A model generated the notes under the pieces. That model did not search any database. It saw only the letters and a program-made list of their open reading frames with translations, and had not been told where the DNA came from. Shown here one piece after another: positions 27,195 through 39,449 of a DNA stretch of 64,000 nucleotides; the first letter of the stretch is position 1, and every line of letters starts with the position of its first letter. Source of the DNA: Hydrogenibacillus sp. (GTDB lineage: Bacteria; Bacillota; Bacilli; Thermicanales; DSM-22653); NCBI GenBank assembly GCA_014896255.1, contig JADBKT010000003.1, positions 3,660-67,659 on the forward strand. The letters run 5' to 3'. Position numbers and translations under genes: made by a program.

Positions 27195-27848
27195 TCAATC
27201 GTTGAATTCGCGGATTTCACCGGTTTTCATGTAATAGATCCACTCGCAGATGTTCGTCACATAATCGCCGATGCGCTCGAGCGAACGCGCGACGAACAAA
27301 AATTGCGTCCCCTGGTTGACCCAACGCTCGTCGGAGGTCATGATCTTGACGGCGTCGGTGACGATCGCTTTGTACAGCGCGTCGACCTCGTCATCCTCCT
27401 GCGCGATCGCCTGCGCGCGATCGGTGTCCCCGGCGATGTACGCGTCGACCGCCTCGGAGAGCATGCGCCGCACGACGGCGCCCATCTTCGGCGTGTCGAC
27501 GAGGGGCTTGACGTACGCCTCGGACAAAATACGCCCGGCCGACTTGGCGATGGACACGGCGTGGTCGCCGATGCGTTCGAGGTCGTTCGACACCTTGAGT
27601 ATCGTGGCGATGCGCCTGAGGTCTGCGCCGACCGGGTTTTGCAGCGCGATGAGCGTCAAGCAGCCTTGCTCGATCTCGATTTCCAGCGCGTTGATCTCCG
27701 GATCTTCCCGGATGACCGCTTCGGCGATCGCGCCGTCCTGCTCGACGAGCGCCTTTAAGGACTTGTCGATGGCCGCCCCCACGCGGCTGGCCATCTGGAT
27801 CAATTTTTGATGCAGTTCATCCAGTTGTTCGTCAAACCGAGCGCGCAT
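27195..27848 (-). CDS. phoU: Phosphate signalling complex protein PhoU
   Basis: ADLRRIATILKVSNDLERIGD, DDEVD, LERIGDYVTNICE. Confidence 0.95.
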   Translation of the reverse strand: MRARFDEQLDELHQKLIQMASRVGAAIDKSLKALVEQDGAIAEAVIREDPEINALEIEIEQGCLTLIALQNPVGADLRRIATILKVSNDLERIGDHAVSIAKSAGRILSEAYVKPLVDTPKMGAVVRRMLSEAVDAYIAGDTDRAQAIAQEDDEVDALYKAIVTDAVKIMTSDERWVNQGTQFLFVARSLERIGDYVTNICEWIYYMKTGEIREFND

Positions 27849-27868
27849 CGGTTCAACTCCTTTCTGTC

Positions 27869-29641
27869 TCAAAGCGCTTCGTCCCGCGCCTTCGGCAGGC
27901 GGACGTAAAACGTACTGCCGACGCCCTCCGTGCTCTCGACCCGGATCTCGCCGCCGAGCAGTTCGACGAGGTGCCTGACGATCGAAAGGCCGAGCCCCGT
28001 CCCGCCGGAGTTGCGCGAACGAGCTTTGTCGACGCGATAGAAGCGCTCGAAGATGCGGTCGAGGTCGCGTTTCGGGATGCCGATGCCGTTGTCTTGGACG
28101 ACGAACACGACATCCTCGCCTTCATCTTCGGCCCGAAGGGCGATACGGCCGCCTTCCGGCGTGTATTGCACGGCGTTGACGACGAGGTTCAACAAAATTT
28201 GCTTGAGCCGGTCGTAGTCGCTCTCGATGTGCAGGCGAGGGTCGACCTCGGCGGTCAAGACCATCGACTTTCGGCTGCGCTCTTTTTCGACCTGCAACAA
28301 AATGTCCTCGAAAAGCGACTGAATGTGAACGTCGCGATAGTCGAGCGGCAGACGCCGTCCTTCGATGCGGGAGAGATCGAGAATGTCCTGGATGAGGCGC
28401 TTCAGCCTTTCGCTTTCATGATAGATGATCTCCACAAACCGCCGCGCTTCTTCCGCTTCGTCGAGCGCGCCGTCGAGAAGCGTTTCGGCAAACCCTTGAA
28501 TGGAGGTCACCGGGGTTTTCAGCTCGTGCGACGCATTGGCCACGAATTCGCTGCGGATACGTTCCAGCCGCCGGATGTCGGTGATGTCGTGCGCGACGAG
28601 CAGGATGGCGTCGAGCCTCGGCGCGTCGTCGAAGAGCGGGACAAGGTGGACGTCGAGTACTCTCTCTTCCGGGAAATAGACGATGAGTTCACGGCGGGCG
28701 GCCGCTTTCGACTCCCGCACGAGCTCGACGAGTTGAGACAGTTCGAACAGGCGAAACGCTTCGACGTGATGCCGCCCGGTGATCGCCCGCCCGCCGAGCG
28801 AAAAGAGCGCGAGGGCGGCGCGGTTGGCGAACAGGACGCGGCCGCGGGGGTCGAGCAGCACGACGCCGCTCGTCATGTTCGTCAAGATGTCGGACAGGCG
28901 TTTTTCGTTGTCGCGGATGCGCTTCACCTGCTGCGCGAGGGAAGCGCTCATGGCGTTGATCGCCTCGGTGAGCTCGGCGAGCTCCCCGTAACCTTGGACG
29001 TCGACGGTGACGCCGTAGTGCTGCCGGCTGATCTGACGCGCCACTTCGGCGACGCGGACGAGCGGGCGGGTGAGCTCCTTGGCCACGTGGAAGATCAGCA
29101 GGCTCAAGAGACCGAGCACGGCGAGGCCGCCGAACAATCCGCCGAGGCCCCACGCGCCGGTGATGAGATCCGTACGGCGCGAAAGCGCGGCGATGACGAC
29201 GACGGTTCCGGCGGAACCGTCCGCGAACCGGACGGACCGGGAAACTTGCGCATATCGCGATCCCTCTTCGGCCGCGGTCACCGTGATCACCCCGTCCGGC
29301 GCCGGAGCGGGATCGACCCGGCGAAGCTCCGGGTCAGCGGACGAAACGACATCGGCGAGAATACGGCCGTCGCCGGAAAGGACGACATACCGCTCCCCGG
29401 TCGACCGCGCAAAGCGTACGAGCATCGCCCGGACGGCGTCCGCGCCGGAGGCCGATGCGGCGCCCGCGTACAAGGCCGTGAGCGCGTCGGCGATGAGCGC
29501 GCTTTCGCGGAACAGATGACGCCGCGCTTCCTGCTCGACGGTGCGGGCGGTGAGCACCGCCTCATACAAAAAAAAGGCGACGAACGACACCGCGACGATG
29601 CCCAGCACGCCCACGGTGAGGCGAAGACGCAAGCTTTTCAT
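27869..29641 (-). CDS. phoR: Sensor histidine kinase PhoR (HAMP-PAS-HisKA-HATPase)
   Basis: FVANASHELKTP, NLVVNAVQY, DNGIGI, RIFERFYRVDKARSR, GTGLGL. Conserved phoPR-polA position. Confidence 0.9.
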   Translation of the reverse strand: MKSLRLRLTVGVLGIVAVSFVAFFLYEAVLTARTVEQEARRHLFRESALIADALTALYAGAASASGADAVRAMLVRFARSTGERYVVLSGDGRILADVVSSADPELRRVDPAPAPDGVITVTAAEEGSRYAQVSRSVRFADGSAGTVVVIAALSRRTDLITGAWGLGGLFGGLAVLGLLSLLIFHVAKELTRPLVRVAEVARQISRQHYGVTVDVQGYGELAELTEAINAMSASLAQQVKRIRDNEKRLSDILTNMTSGVVLLDPRGRVLFANRAALALFSLGGRAITGRHHVEAFRLFELSQLVELVRESKAAARRELIVYFPEERVLDVHLVPLFDDAPRLDAILLVAHDITDIRRLERIRSEFVANASHELKTPVTSIQGFAETLLDGALDEAEEARRFVEIIYHESERLKRLIQDILDLSRIEGRRLPLDYRDVHIQSLFEDILLQVEKERSRKSMVLTAEVDPRLHIESDYDRLKQILLNLVVNAVQYTPEGGRIALRAEDEGEDVVFVVQDNGIGIPKRDLDRIFERFYRVDKARSRNSGGTGLGLSIVRHLVELLGGEIRVESTEGVGSTFYVRLPKARDEAL

Positions 29642-30354
29642 TCACCGGACCCCTCGGCGCGGTCTTCCAGCTTGTAGCCCAGCCCGCGGATGGTCTTGAT
29701 GTAGCGCGGCTGTTTGGGGTCGCGTTCCAGTTTTTCGCGCAGGTGGCTGATGTGCACGTCGACGATGCGCGAATCGCCGACAAAGTCGTAGTTCCATACG
29801 TTGTTGAGCAGCTGTTCGCGGGTCAGCACTTTCCCTCGATTGCGAGCCATGAAGAAGAGGAGGTCGTACTCCTTCGGCGTGAGATCCACCGGCACGCCGT
29901 CGCGCGACACTTCATAACGGCCGAGGTCGATCATGAGTTCCCCGATCTGGATGATCCGTTCCTCCGGCATCTCGCGCTCGGCCGAAAGCCCTTCCGTTCG
30001 GCGAAAAACAGCCTTGATGCGGGCCAACACTTCGCGGATGCGGAACGGCTTGGTGATGTAGTCGTCGGCCCCGAGCTCCAGCCCGAGCACTTTGTCGAAC
30101 TCCTCGTCCCGCGCGGTAACCATCATGACCGGGATGATGATGTTCCGGCTGCGCATGTGTTTTAAGATGTCCATCCCGTCCAGTCCCGGGAGCATCAGAT
30201 CGAGGAGCACGAGATCCGGCGCCTCCGTCTCGATGATCCGGAGCGCCTCGCGACCGTCTTGGCTCGCGATGACGTCGTATCCCGCCTTTTCGAGGTTGAA
30301 CGAAAGGAGCGTGATGATCGACGGCTCGTCGTCGACGACCAAAATCTTTTTCAT
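29638..30354 (-). CDS. phoP: Response regulator PhoP (OmpR family)
   Basis: ILVVDDE, LDLMLP, ELGADDYITKPF, winged helix ending TIRGLGYK. Confidence 0.9.
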   Translation of the reverse strand: MKKILVVDDEPSIITLLSFNLEKAGYDVIASQDGREALRIIETEAPDLVLLDLMLPGLDGMDILKHMRSRNIIIPVMMVTARDEEFDKVLGLELGADDYITKPFRIREVLARIKAVFRRTEGLSAEREMPEERIIQIGELMIDLGRYEVSRDGVPVDLTPKEYDLLFFMARNRGKVLTREQLLNNVWNYDFVGDSRIVDVHISHLREKLERDPKQPRYIKTIRGLGYKLEDRAEGSGE

Positions 30355-30435
30355 CGCGCCTTCCTTCCCCTGCCCCGCCGCGTACTTTTCCAGCCGCTTC
30401 GGATCGCTTTAGACGATGATTCACAGCTACTTAGC

Positions 30436-30444
30436 ATCATATCA
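30436..30444 (-). promoter_or_regulatory. Extended -10 promoter of phoP
   Basis: TG-A-TATGAT about 80 nt upstream of the phoP ATG. Confidence 0.45.
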
Positions 30445-30453
30445 CGACGTGGG

Positions 30454-30480
30454 CAAAAAAAGAAGGCCGGAAACGGCCGG
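30454..30480 (-). terminator. Intrinsic terminator after the SDR gene
   Basis: GGCCG-TTTC-CGGCC followed by TTCTTTTTTT. Confidence 0.65.
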
Positions 30481-30534
30481 ATCTTAAGCGTCCTAGGGCG
30501 CATCGCCTCTTTAATTTTCGGCGTTGACCGACAT

Positions 30535-31335
30535 TTACCAGGCCAGCCAGCCGCCGTCGACGGCGTAGACGTAGCCCGTGCAGTACGAGGAAGCGTCGGA
30601 GGCCAGATAGGCCGCCATGCCCTTCAGGTCGTCGGGTTCGCCCAAACGGCCGAGCGGCGTCCGGCGGATGATCTCCTCACGAACCTGCTTGGTTTCCGGG
30701 CTTTCCTCCTCGTTCGCGAGCCAGCCTCCGCCGATGTTGGTCTTGATGAAGGCCGGGGCGATGGCATTGACTCGAACGTTGAAAGGCGCAAGCTGGACGG
30801 CCAACGTCCGCGTCAGGTTGACGACGCCGCCTTTGGCCGCCGTATAGCCGATGGCGCCCAGGCCGAAGTCGGCGACAAGCCCGTAGATGGAAGCGGTATT
30901 GATGATCCGCCCCTTCCGTTTTTGGATCATGTGCTTGGCGGCCGCTTTGTCCGTCAGATAAACCCCCGTCAGGTTGACGGCAAGCACCTTGTGCCACTCG
31001 TCGTCCCGATAGTCGGCAATCGGAGCGGCCGTTTCGGCGATGCCGGCGTTCGCGAAGGCGACGTCGAGATCGCCGAGTTCGCTGACCACGCGTGCGACGG
31101 CCGCTTCCACTTCGTCGGCCCGGGTGACGTCCGCCCGAAGCACGAGCGTTTTGCACGAATGGTCCTTTTCCAGTTGGCGCGCGACGTCGCGGGCTTTGTT
31201 TTCATCCACGTCGACCAGGGCGACCGCCGCCCCCAGTTCGGCCATCGCCTCGGCAAAGGCGCGCCCGATGCCGCTCGCGGCACCCGTGATCATGGCCACC
31301 TGGTGATCCAGGCGAAACCGATCCAGAACCGACAC
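30535..31335 (-). CDS. Short-chain dehydrogenase/reductase (classical SDR)
   Basis: TGAASGIG, NAG, YTAAKGG (YxxxK). GTG start after a GGAGGTG RBS. Confidence 0.9.
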   Translation of the reverse strand: MSVLDRFRLDHQVAMITGAASGIGRAFAEAMAELGAAVALVDVDENKARDVARQLEKDHSCKTLVLRADVTRADEVEAAVARVVSELGDLDVAFANAGIAETAAPIADYRDDEWHKVLAVNLTGVYLTDKAAAKHMIQKRKGRIINTASIYGLVADFGLGAIGYTAAKGGVVNLTRTLAVQLAPFNVRVNAIAPAFIKTNIGGGWLANEEESPETKQVREEIIRRTPLGRLGEPDDLKGMAAYLASDASSYCTGYVYAVDGGWLAW

Positions 31336-31439
31336 ATCGCTCACCTCCATGGAACGGGTTGTGGGCTCACCCCCGTGATGGGCCGCTTTCCTATCATGAA
31401 CAAAGAAGCGCCCGTGCATGCAGATTTCCTACAACTTCC

Positions 31440-32378
31440 TTACAATCCCACCACGGCCATCACTTTTTTCACCGACTCGACGGAACGGGCGAACGCCGCC
31501 TTCTCTTCCGCTGTCAGCTCAAGCTCGATCACCCGTTCCACGCCGCCGCCGCCCAAGATCGTCGGCACGCCGACGTACAGGTCGCGGTAACCGTACTCTC
31601 CGGAAAGGTAGGCGATCGCCGGAAGGATCCGCTTTTCGTCGAGCAGAACGGCTTCGGCCATCTCGACGAGCGCCGCCGCTGGGGCATAGTAGGCGCTCCC
31701 CGTGCCGAGAAGGCCCACGATCTCGCCGCCGCCTTTGCGCGTGCGCTCGACGATGGCGTCGATCGTCGGCTGATCCAACCACTTCGTGAGCGGGATGCCG
31801 CCGATGTACGAGTAGCGGATGAGCGGGACCATGTCGTCGCCGTGACCGCCCAGGACAAAACCGGTCACGTCGCGGACGGAGACGCCGACCGCCTCCGCCA
31901 CGAACGCCCGAAAGCGGGCCGTATCGAGCACGCCGGATTGGCCGAAGACGCGCTCCCTCGGAAAGCCGGTCGTCCGATAGGCGATATACGTCATGACGTC
32001 GGCCGGATTGGAGAGGACGAGGACGAACGCCTCGGGGGCGTGCGCCTTCACCTGCTCGGAGACGCTTCTTACGATTCCGGCGTTGGTCGTGACCAAATCG
32101 TCGCGGCTCATGCCGGGCTTTCGCGCCATGCCGGCGGTAATGATGACGAGATCCGCCCCGGCCATCGCCCCGTAATCCGACGTGCCGACGACGCGGACGT
32201 CTTTCCCCAGGACCGGCGTCGCCTCGTACATGTCGAGCGCCTTGCCCTTCGTCGGATTCTCCTGCTGCGGGATGTCGATCAGGACGACGTCGCCGAGGGC
32301 GCGTTCGGCGAGCATGAAGGCGGTCGTCGAACCGGTAAACCCGGCGCCGACGACGGCGATTTTCTTGCGGCGGATCAT
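31440..32378 (-). CDS. mdh: Malate dehydrogenase (LDH-like)
   Basis: [29 protein letters not shown]. Confidence 0.96.
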   Translation of the reverse strand: MIRRKKIAVVGAGFTGSTTAFMLAERALGDVVLIDIPQQENPTKGKALDMYEATPVLGKDVRVVGTSDYGAMAGADLVIITAGMARKPGMSRDDLVTTNAGIVRSVSEQVKAHAPEAFVLVLSNPADVMTYIAYRTTGFPRERVFGQSGVLDTARFRAFVAEAVGVSVRDVTGFVLGGHGDDMVPLIRYSYIGGIPLTKWLDQPTIDAIVERTRKGGGEIVGLLGTGSAYYAPAAALVEMAEAVLLDEKRILPAIAYLSGEYGYRDLYVGVPTILGGGGVERVIELELTAEEKAAFARSVESVKKVMAVVGL

Positions 32379-33685
32379 ACGCGCGCCTCCTTCGGTTGCA
32401 TGTTGCGGATGAGGGCATTGCCGAATTCGCTCGTCTTCACTTCCGTCGCTCCGTCCATCAAGCGGGCAAAGTCGTAGGTGACGATCTTCTGGCCGATCGT
32501 CTTCCCCATCGCCTCGATGATCAGATCGGCCGCTTCATGCCAACCCATGTAGCGCAGCATCATCTCGCCGGAGAGGATGACCGACGACGGGTTCACCTTA
32601 TCCAGTCCGGCGTACTTCGGCGCCGTGCCGTGCGTCGCCTCGAAGACGGCGTGGCCGGTGTCGTAGTTGATGTTCGCTCCCGGCGCGATGCCGATGCCGC
32701 CGACCTGCGCGGCGAGGGCGTCGGAGATGTAGTCGCCGTTTAAGTTCATCGTCGCGACGACGTCGAATTCGTCCGGGCGGGTGAGCACCTGCTGCAGGAA
32801 GATGTCGGCGATGGCGTCCTTGATGATGAGCTTCCCCTGCGCGAGCGCTTCTTGCTGGGCCGCATTCGCCGCCTCGACGCCGCGCTCCGCTTTGATCCGA
32901 TCGTACATCGCCCAAGTGAACACGCGGTCGCCGAATTCTTGCTCGGCCACTTCGTATCCCCAATGTTTAAACGCGCCCTCGGTGAACTTCATGATGTTGC
33001 CCTTGTGCACGAGGGTGACGCTTCTTCGGCCGTTTTCCAGAGCGTAGCGGATCGCCGCGCGCACAAGGCGCTTCGAGCCTTCTTCGGAGATCGGCTTGAT
33101 GCCGATGCCGCTCGTCTGGGGGAAACGGATTTTCTTGACGCCCATCGCTTCTTGAAGGAATCGGATGACCTTTTGCACTTCCGGTGAACCGGCGGGCCAT
33201 TCGATGCCGGCGTAGATGTCTTCCGTGTTTTCGCGAAAGATGACCACGTCCGTAAGCTCCGGACGGCGGACCGGCGAAGGCACCCCCTCAAAATGGCGCA
33301 CGGGGCGGACGCAGGCGTACAAATCGAGCTCCTGGCGCAGCGCCACGTTGAGCGAGCGGATGCCGCCGCCGACCGGCGTCGTCAGCGGTCCTTTGATCGC
33401 CACGAGATATTCGCGGACGGCCTGAAGCGTATCGTCCGGCAGCCACTCGCCGAAAGTGTTGTATGCCTTTTCGCCCGCGTATACTTCAAACCAGACAATT
33501 TTCCGCCGTCCGCCGTACGCTTTATCCACGGCGGCGTCGAGCACGCGGGAGGCCGCACGCCAGATATCCGGGCCGGTACCGTCCCCCTCGATGAACGGAA
33601 TGATCGGCCGATCCGGGACGACAAGCCGCCCGCCTTGCAGGGTGATCTTCTCTCCGTCTTGCGGTGGCGTCAAATGCTTGTACAT
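32375..33685 (-). CDS. icd: Isocitrate dehydrogenase (NADP)
   Basis: [57 protein letters not shown]. Confidence 0.97.
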   Translation of the reverse strand: MYKHLTPPQDGEKITLQGGRLVVPDRPIIPFIEGDGTGPDIWRAASRVLDAAVDKAYGGRRKIVWFEVYAGEKAYNTFGEWLPDDTLQAVREYLVAIKGPLTTPVGGGIRSLNVALRQELDLYACVRPVRHFEGVPSPVRRPELTDVVIFRENTEDIYAGIEWPAGSPEVQKVIRFLQEAMGVKKIRFPQTSGIGIKPISEEGSKRLVRAAIRYALENGRRSVTLVHKGNIMKFTEGAFKHWGYEVAEQEFGDRVFTWAMYDRIKAERGVEAANAAQQEALAQGKLIIKDAIADIFLQQVLTRPDEFDVVATMNLNGDYISDALAAQVGGIGIAPGANINYDTGHAVFEATHGTAPKYAGLDKVNPSSVILSGEMMLRYMGWHEAADLIIEAMGKTIGQKIVTYDFARLMDGATEVKTSEFGNALIRNMQPKEARV

Positions 33686-33765
33686 ACGCTTTCCTCCTCG
33701 TTCACTGGCCTTCGCGCCGCCTTGCGCCATGCCTCTTTTTACCTTATCGAACGCGCCGGCGACGG

Positions 33766-34884
33766 TCAACCGCGCGCTTCAATCGGGACGTACGGCACGT
33801 TCGACGGACCGACGTATTCGGCCCGCGGGCGGATGAGCCGGTTGTCGCTGTATTGCTCGAGGATGTGCGCCGTCCATCCGGCCATCCGGCTGATGGCGAA
33901 GATCGGCGTGAACAGGTCGCGCGGGATGCCGAGGCTGTGGTAGACGCTGGCGGAATAAAAATCGACGTTCGGTTTGAGGCCTTTCAGCTCGCCGACGAGC
34001 CGCTCGATGGCCACCGACATCGCGTACCATTTCGACTCCCCGATGCTTTCCGTCAAGCGTCGGCTCATCTCGCGCAGGTGTTTGGCCCGCGGGTCGCCGT
34101 CTTTATACACGCGGTGGCCGAAGCCCATGATCCGCTCCTTCCGCTCCAATTTGCCGCGGATATAGGCTTCCACGCGATCCGGCGCGCCGATTTCCTCGAG
34201 CATCGCCATCACCTGCTCGTTCGCCCCGCCGTGGAGCGGACCTTTCAGCGCCCCGAGCGCGGCGACGACGCCGGAGTACATGTCCGACAGCGTCCCGACG
34301 GTGACCCGGGCGGCAAACGTCGAAGCGTTGAATTCGTGATCGGCATGTAAAATGAAGGCCTTGTCGAGCGCTTCCACGTGCGTCGGATCCGGCTCCCGCC
34401 CGTGCAGCATGGTGAGAAAGCTTTCGGCGATCGAACCGTTCGATCGCGGCGCCACCGGTTCTTCGCCGCTCCGGATACGCTGCCAGGCGGCGACGAGGGT
34501 CGGCGTCTTGGCCACGAGGCGCACCGCTTTGCGGATGTTCGCCGCCTCAGACATGTCTTCAGCCTCGGCATCATACAGCGCAAGCGCCGAGATCGCCGTG
34601 CGCAGCACGGTCATCGGATGCGTGTTTTGGGGGGCACGGCGCAGTACGGCGAGCACGTCTTCCGGGACACCCGCCGCCTCGATCAGCGCGCTTCGAAGCG
34701 CTTCCAACTCGGAAGCTTTCGGCAATCGACCGTGCCACAGCAAGTACACGACTTCTTCGAAGTTCGACCGCTCGGCGAGGACATCGATGTCGATGCCGCG
34801 GTACGTGAGCATGCCGTTTTCGATGGCGCTGATCGCCGAGGTCGCCGCGACGACACCTTCCAGCCCTTTTGCGACGGTGGTCAT
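33766..34884 (-). CDS. citZ: Citrate synthase
   Basis: [36 protein letters not shown]. Confidence 0.96.
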   Translation of the reverse strand: MTTVAKGLEGVVAATSAISAIENGMLTYRGIDIDVLAERSNFEEVVYLLWHGRLPKASELEALRSALIEAAGVPEDVLAVLRRAPQNTHPMTVLRTAISALALYDAEAEDMSEAANIRKAVRLVAKTPTLVAAWQRIRSGEEPVAPRSNGSIAESFLTMLHGREPDPTHVEALDKAFILHADHEFNASTFAARVTVGTLSDMYSGVVAALGALKGPLHGGANEQVMAMLEEIGAPDRVEAYIRGKLERKERIMGFGHRVYKDGDPRAKHLREMSRRLTESIGESKWYAMSVAIERLVGELKGLKPNVDFYSASVYHSLGIPRDLFTPIFAISRMAGWTAHILEQYSDNRLIRPRAEYVGPSNVPYVPIEARG

Positions 34885-34924
34885 CGCCTTCATCCTTTCT
34901 TGTCCGTCTTGTCCCCTTGTTTTG

Positions 34925-34938
34925 TGAAAACGGTAACC
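34925..34938. promoter_or_regulatory. cre (CcpA) site upstream of citZ
   Basis: TGAAAACGGTAACC matches 13 of 14 positions of TGWAANCGNTNWCA and lies in the citZ leader. Confidence 0.5.
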
Positions 34939-35161
34939 TGCCGGTCATCTTCATCATACTTCATTTTGAACGGTTTGTGAAGGATTTTAAAATCTCGTTT
35001 CACTATGCAAAACAAACACGCCCGTCTGCAGGATGTTAGTATGTCCCAAACCGGGCGATTGCGCCGAAACGCCGTTCAGACAAAAAATGCCCGCCGAAGC
35101 GGCTTGACAGGGCCGTTCAGACGGGCGGCAAGGACCTTTTTTAGGCGCCGAGGGACAAAAG

Positions 35162-35614
35162 TCACGCTCGCGAGCGCCGTCGCGTCGTGTCGCCGCCTTC
35201 AGACAATGCGGAAAGACGCGCATACGCTTCCGGCCACGCCTTGGACAGCGGACGAGGGCGGAATGCCCGGTCGACCCAGGCGTGATGCGTCTCGCCTTCG
35301 GCGATGATGACGCCGTCATCCGCTCGGCGCACGGCGTAGACGAACGTCAGTCGGAGAGGGCCGAACGCGGAAAGACGCGCTCGAACGATGAGCGCGTCGT
35401 CATAGCGCGCCGCACGGACGTAGCGGACCGATGACGCCGTAAGCGGCAGAAGCAGTCCGCGCGCCTCGAATTCGCGGTACGGCGCAAAATGGACGCGGAT
35501 CCACTCTGTGCGGCCGAGTTCAAACCAGGACAGATAATGGGCGTGGTAAGCGACGCCCATCGCATCGGTTTCGCTGTAGCGGACGCGGAAAGGCACTTCC
35601 ACATCGTGCATCAT
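35162..35614 (-). CDS. Acyl-CoA thioesterase (YbgC/4HBT hot-dog family)
   Basis: RVRYSETDAMGVAYHAHYLSWFELGR. Confidence 0.9.
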   Translation of the reverse strand: MMHDVEVPFRVRYSETDAMGVAYHAHYLSWFELGRTEWIRVHFAPYREFEARGLLLPLTASSVRYVRAARYDDALIVRARLSAFGPLRLTFVYAVRRADDGVIIAEGETHHAWVDRAFRPRPLSKAWPEAYARLSALSEGGDTTRRRSRA

Positions 35615-35700
35615 CCGCTTCGGTCCCCTCGCCTTCGCATCGTTTCTCCTCGATGTCGCGTCGTGCCGCGCTTCGCCGCCGGCGGTCTTTGCCTTCCGCT

Positions 35701-37455
35701 TCATAAGACATGGGCCTGGCCGATGTAGACATGCCCGTGGCGGGCGTCGACGGTGATCTCCTCGCCGTCCGGGATGCGCCGCGTCGCGCCCTGGGCGCCG
35801 ACGACGACCGGGATGCCGAGCGAAAGCCCGACGATGGCCGCGTGAGACGTCAAACCGCCGCTTTCGGTGACGATCGCCTTGGCCTGCCGAATCATCTCCA
35901 TCATCGTCTCGTCGGTGGACGCGGCGATGAGAATGTCCCCCGGGACAAACGGTTTTCGAGCCGCCTCCCGCTTGCCGTCGTATACGTAGGCCCGACCGGT
36001 GGCGACGCCTTGGCCGATGCCTTGGCCTTTGGCGACGATGTCGCCGACGACATGGATTTTCATCAGGTTGGTCGTCCCCGGCTCGCGGAGCGGCACGCCG
36101 GCGGTGATGACGACGAGCTCGCCGTGGCGGATATAGCCCGCCTCCAGGGCGCGGGAGATGGCCTGCTTCATCATCTCGTCCGTGCTCGAATGGTCCGCCC
36201 CGATGAGCGGATAGACGCCCCAGACGAGTTTCAACTTGCGGGCGACGCGCGTATGCGGGGTGACGGCGATGATCGGCTGCGTCGGGCGGTACTTGGCCAC
36301 CATCCGCGCCGTCGATCCGCTTTCCGTCGGGGTGATGATCGCCGCGGCACCCAGACGCCTGGCCGCCTCCCGCACCGCGCGGCTGATGACGTCGGTGATC
36401 GACGTCTCCAGCGGCAACGGCTCGCCGTTTTCGCCCGCTCGGGCGATCTGCTCGCGATCGGCCCGCTCGGCGATTTTGACCATCGTCTCCACCGCCTCGA
36501 TCGGATAGCGGCCGGCCGCCGTCTCGCCGGAGAGCATGACCGCATCGGTGCCGTCCAAGATGGCGTTCGCCACGTCGCTCGCCTCGGCCCGCGTCGGCCG
36601 CGGACGCACCTGCATCGAGTCGAGCATCTGCGTCGCCGTGATGACCGGCTTGCCGGCGCGGGACGCGAGGGCGATGAGGCGCTTTTGGACATGCGGCACG
36701 TCTTCCGGCGGAATCTCCACTCCGAGATCGCCGCGGGCGACCATCAAGCCGTCGGCGACGGCCAGGATCGCCTCCGCGTTTTCCACGCCTTCGGCGTTTT
36801 CGATCTTGGCGATGATGTCGATCGCCGCCCCGTGGGCCTCGAGGACCCGCCGGACGTCGTGTACGTCCTCCGGCGAACGGACGAAAGAAGCGGCGATGAA
36901 GTCGAAGTTGTGCTCGATGGCGAAGCGGATGTCGGCGATGTCTTTCTCGTCGACCGCCGGGAGGTTCAACTTCGCGCCCGGAACGTTGACTCCTTTGCGG
37001 TTTTTGAGGATGCCGCCGTTTTGCACGCGGCAGACGATTTCATCGCCGTCGATCGCTTCGACGGTGAGCGCGATCAGGCCGTCGTCCAGGAGAATCGTCT
37101 GCCCGACGGCGATGTCCTTGGCCAGATGCGGGTAACTGATCGTAACGCCGCGCGCATCGCCCAGGCGCGGTCGCGGCGTGAGGGTAAACGTCGATCCTTC
37201 GACCAGCTCGACCGCCCCGCCTTCGACTTCCCCGGTGCGGATCTCGGGCCCCTTCGTATCCAAAAGGAGCGCCACATCCCGCCCGGCGCGCGTCGCGGCG
37301 GCGCGCACCGCCCGCACGCGGCGGGCATGCTCTTCATGCGAACCGTGCGAGAAATTAAAGCGCACCACGTCGCAGCCGGCGCGGATGATCCGCTCGAGCA
37401 CTTCCGGCGACTCGCTGGCCGGGCCGACGGTGCATACGATTTTCGTCTTGCGCAT
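35701..37455 (-). CDS. pyk: Pyruvate kinase with C-terminal PEP-utiliser mobile domain
   Basis: MRKTKIVCTVGP, MVARGDLGVE, VMLSGETAAG, GGLTSHAAIV. Confidence 0.97.
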   Translation of the reverse strand: MRKTKIVCTVGPASESPEVLERIIRAGCDVVRFNFSHGSHEEHARRVRAVRAAATRAGRDVALLLDTKGPEIRTGEVEGGAVELVEGSTFTLTPRPRLGDARGVTISYPHLAKDIAVGQTILLDDGLIALTVEAIDGDEIVCRVQNGGILKNRKGVNVPGAKLNLPAVDEKDIADIRFAIEHNFDFIAASFVRSPEDVHDVRRVLEAHGAAIDIIAKIENAEGVENAEAILAVADGLMVARGDLGVEIPPEDVPHVQKRLIALASRAGKPVITATQMLDSMQVRPRPTRAEASDVANAILDGTDAVMLSGETAAGRYPIEAVETMVKIAERADREQIARAGENGEPLPLETSITDVISRAVREAARRLGAAAIITPTESGSTARMVAKYRPTQPIIAVTPHTRVARKLKLVWGVYPLIGADHSSTDEMMKQAISRALEAGYIRHGELVVITAGVPLREPGTTNLMKIHVVGDIVAKGQGIGQGVATGRAYVYDGKREAARKPFVPGDILIAASTDETMMEMIRQAKAIVTESGGLTSHAAIVGLSLGIPVVVGAQGATRRIPDGEEITVDARHGHVYIGQAHVL

Positions 37456-37467
37456 CGCTTCACGCTC

Positions 37468-39426
<1,959 letters not shown>

Positions 39427-39449
<23 letters not shown>

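Noticed and set aside
35701-36060. Extra C-terminal domain on pyruvate kinase
   Set aside because: The PEP-utiliser swivel domain is standard in Bacillus pyruvate kinases.
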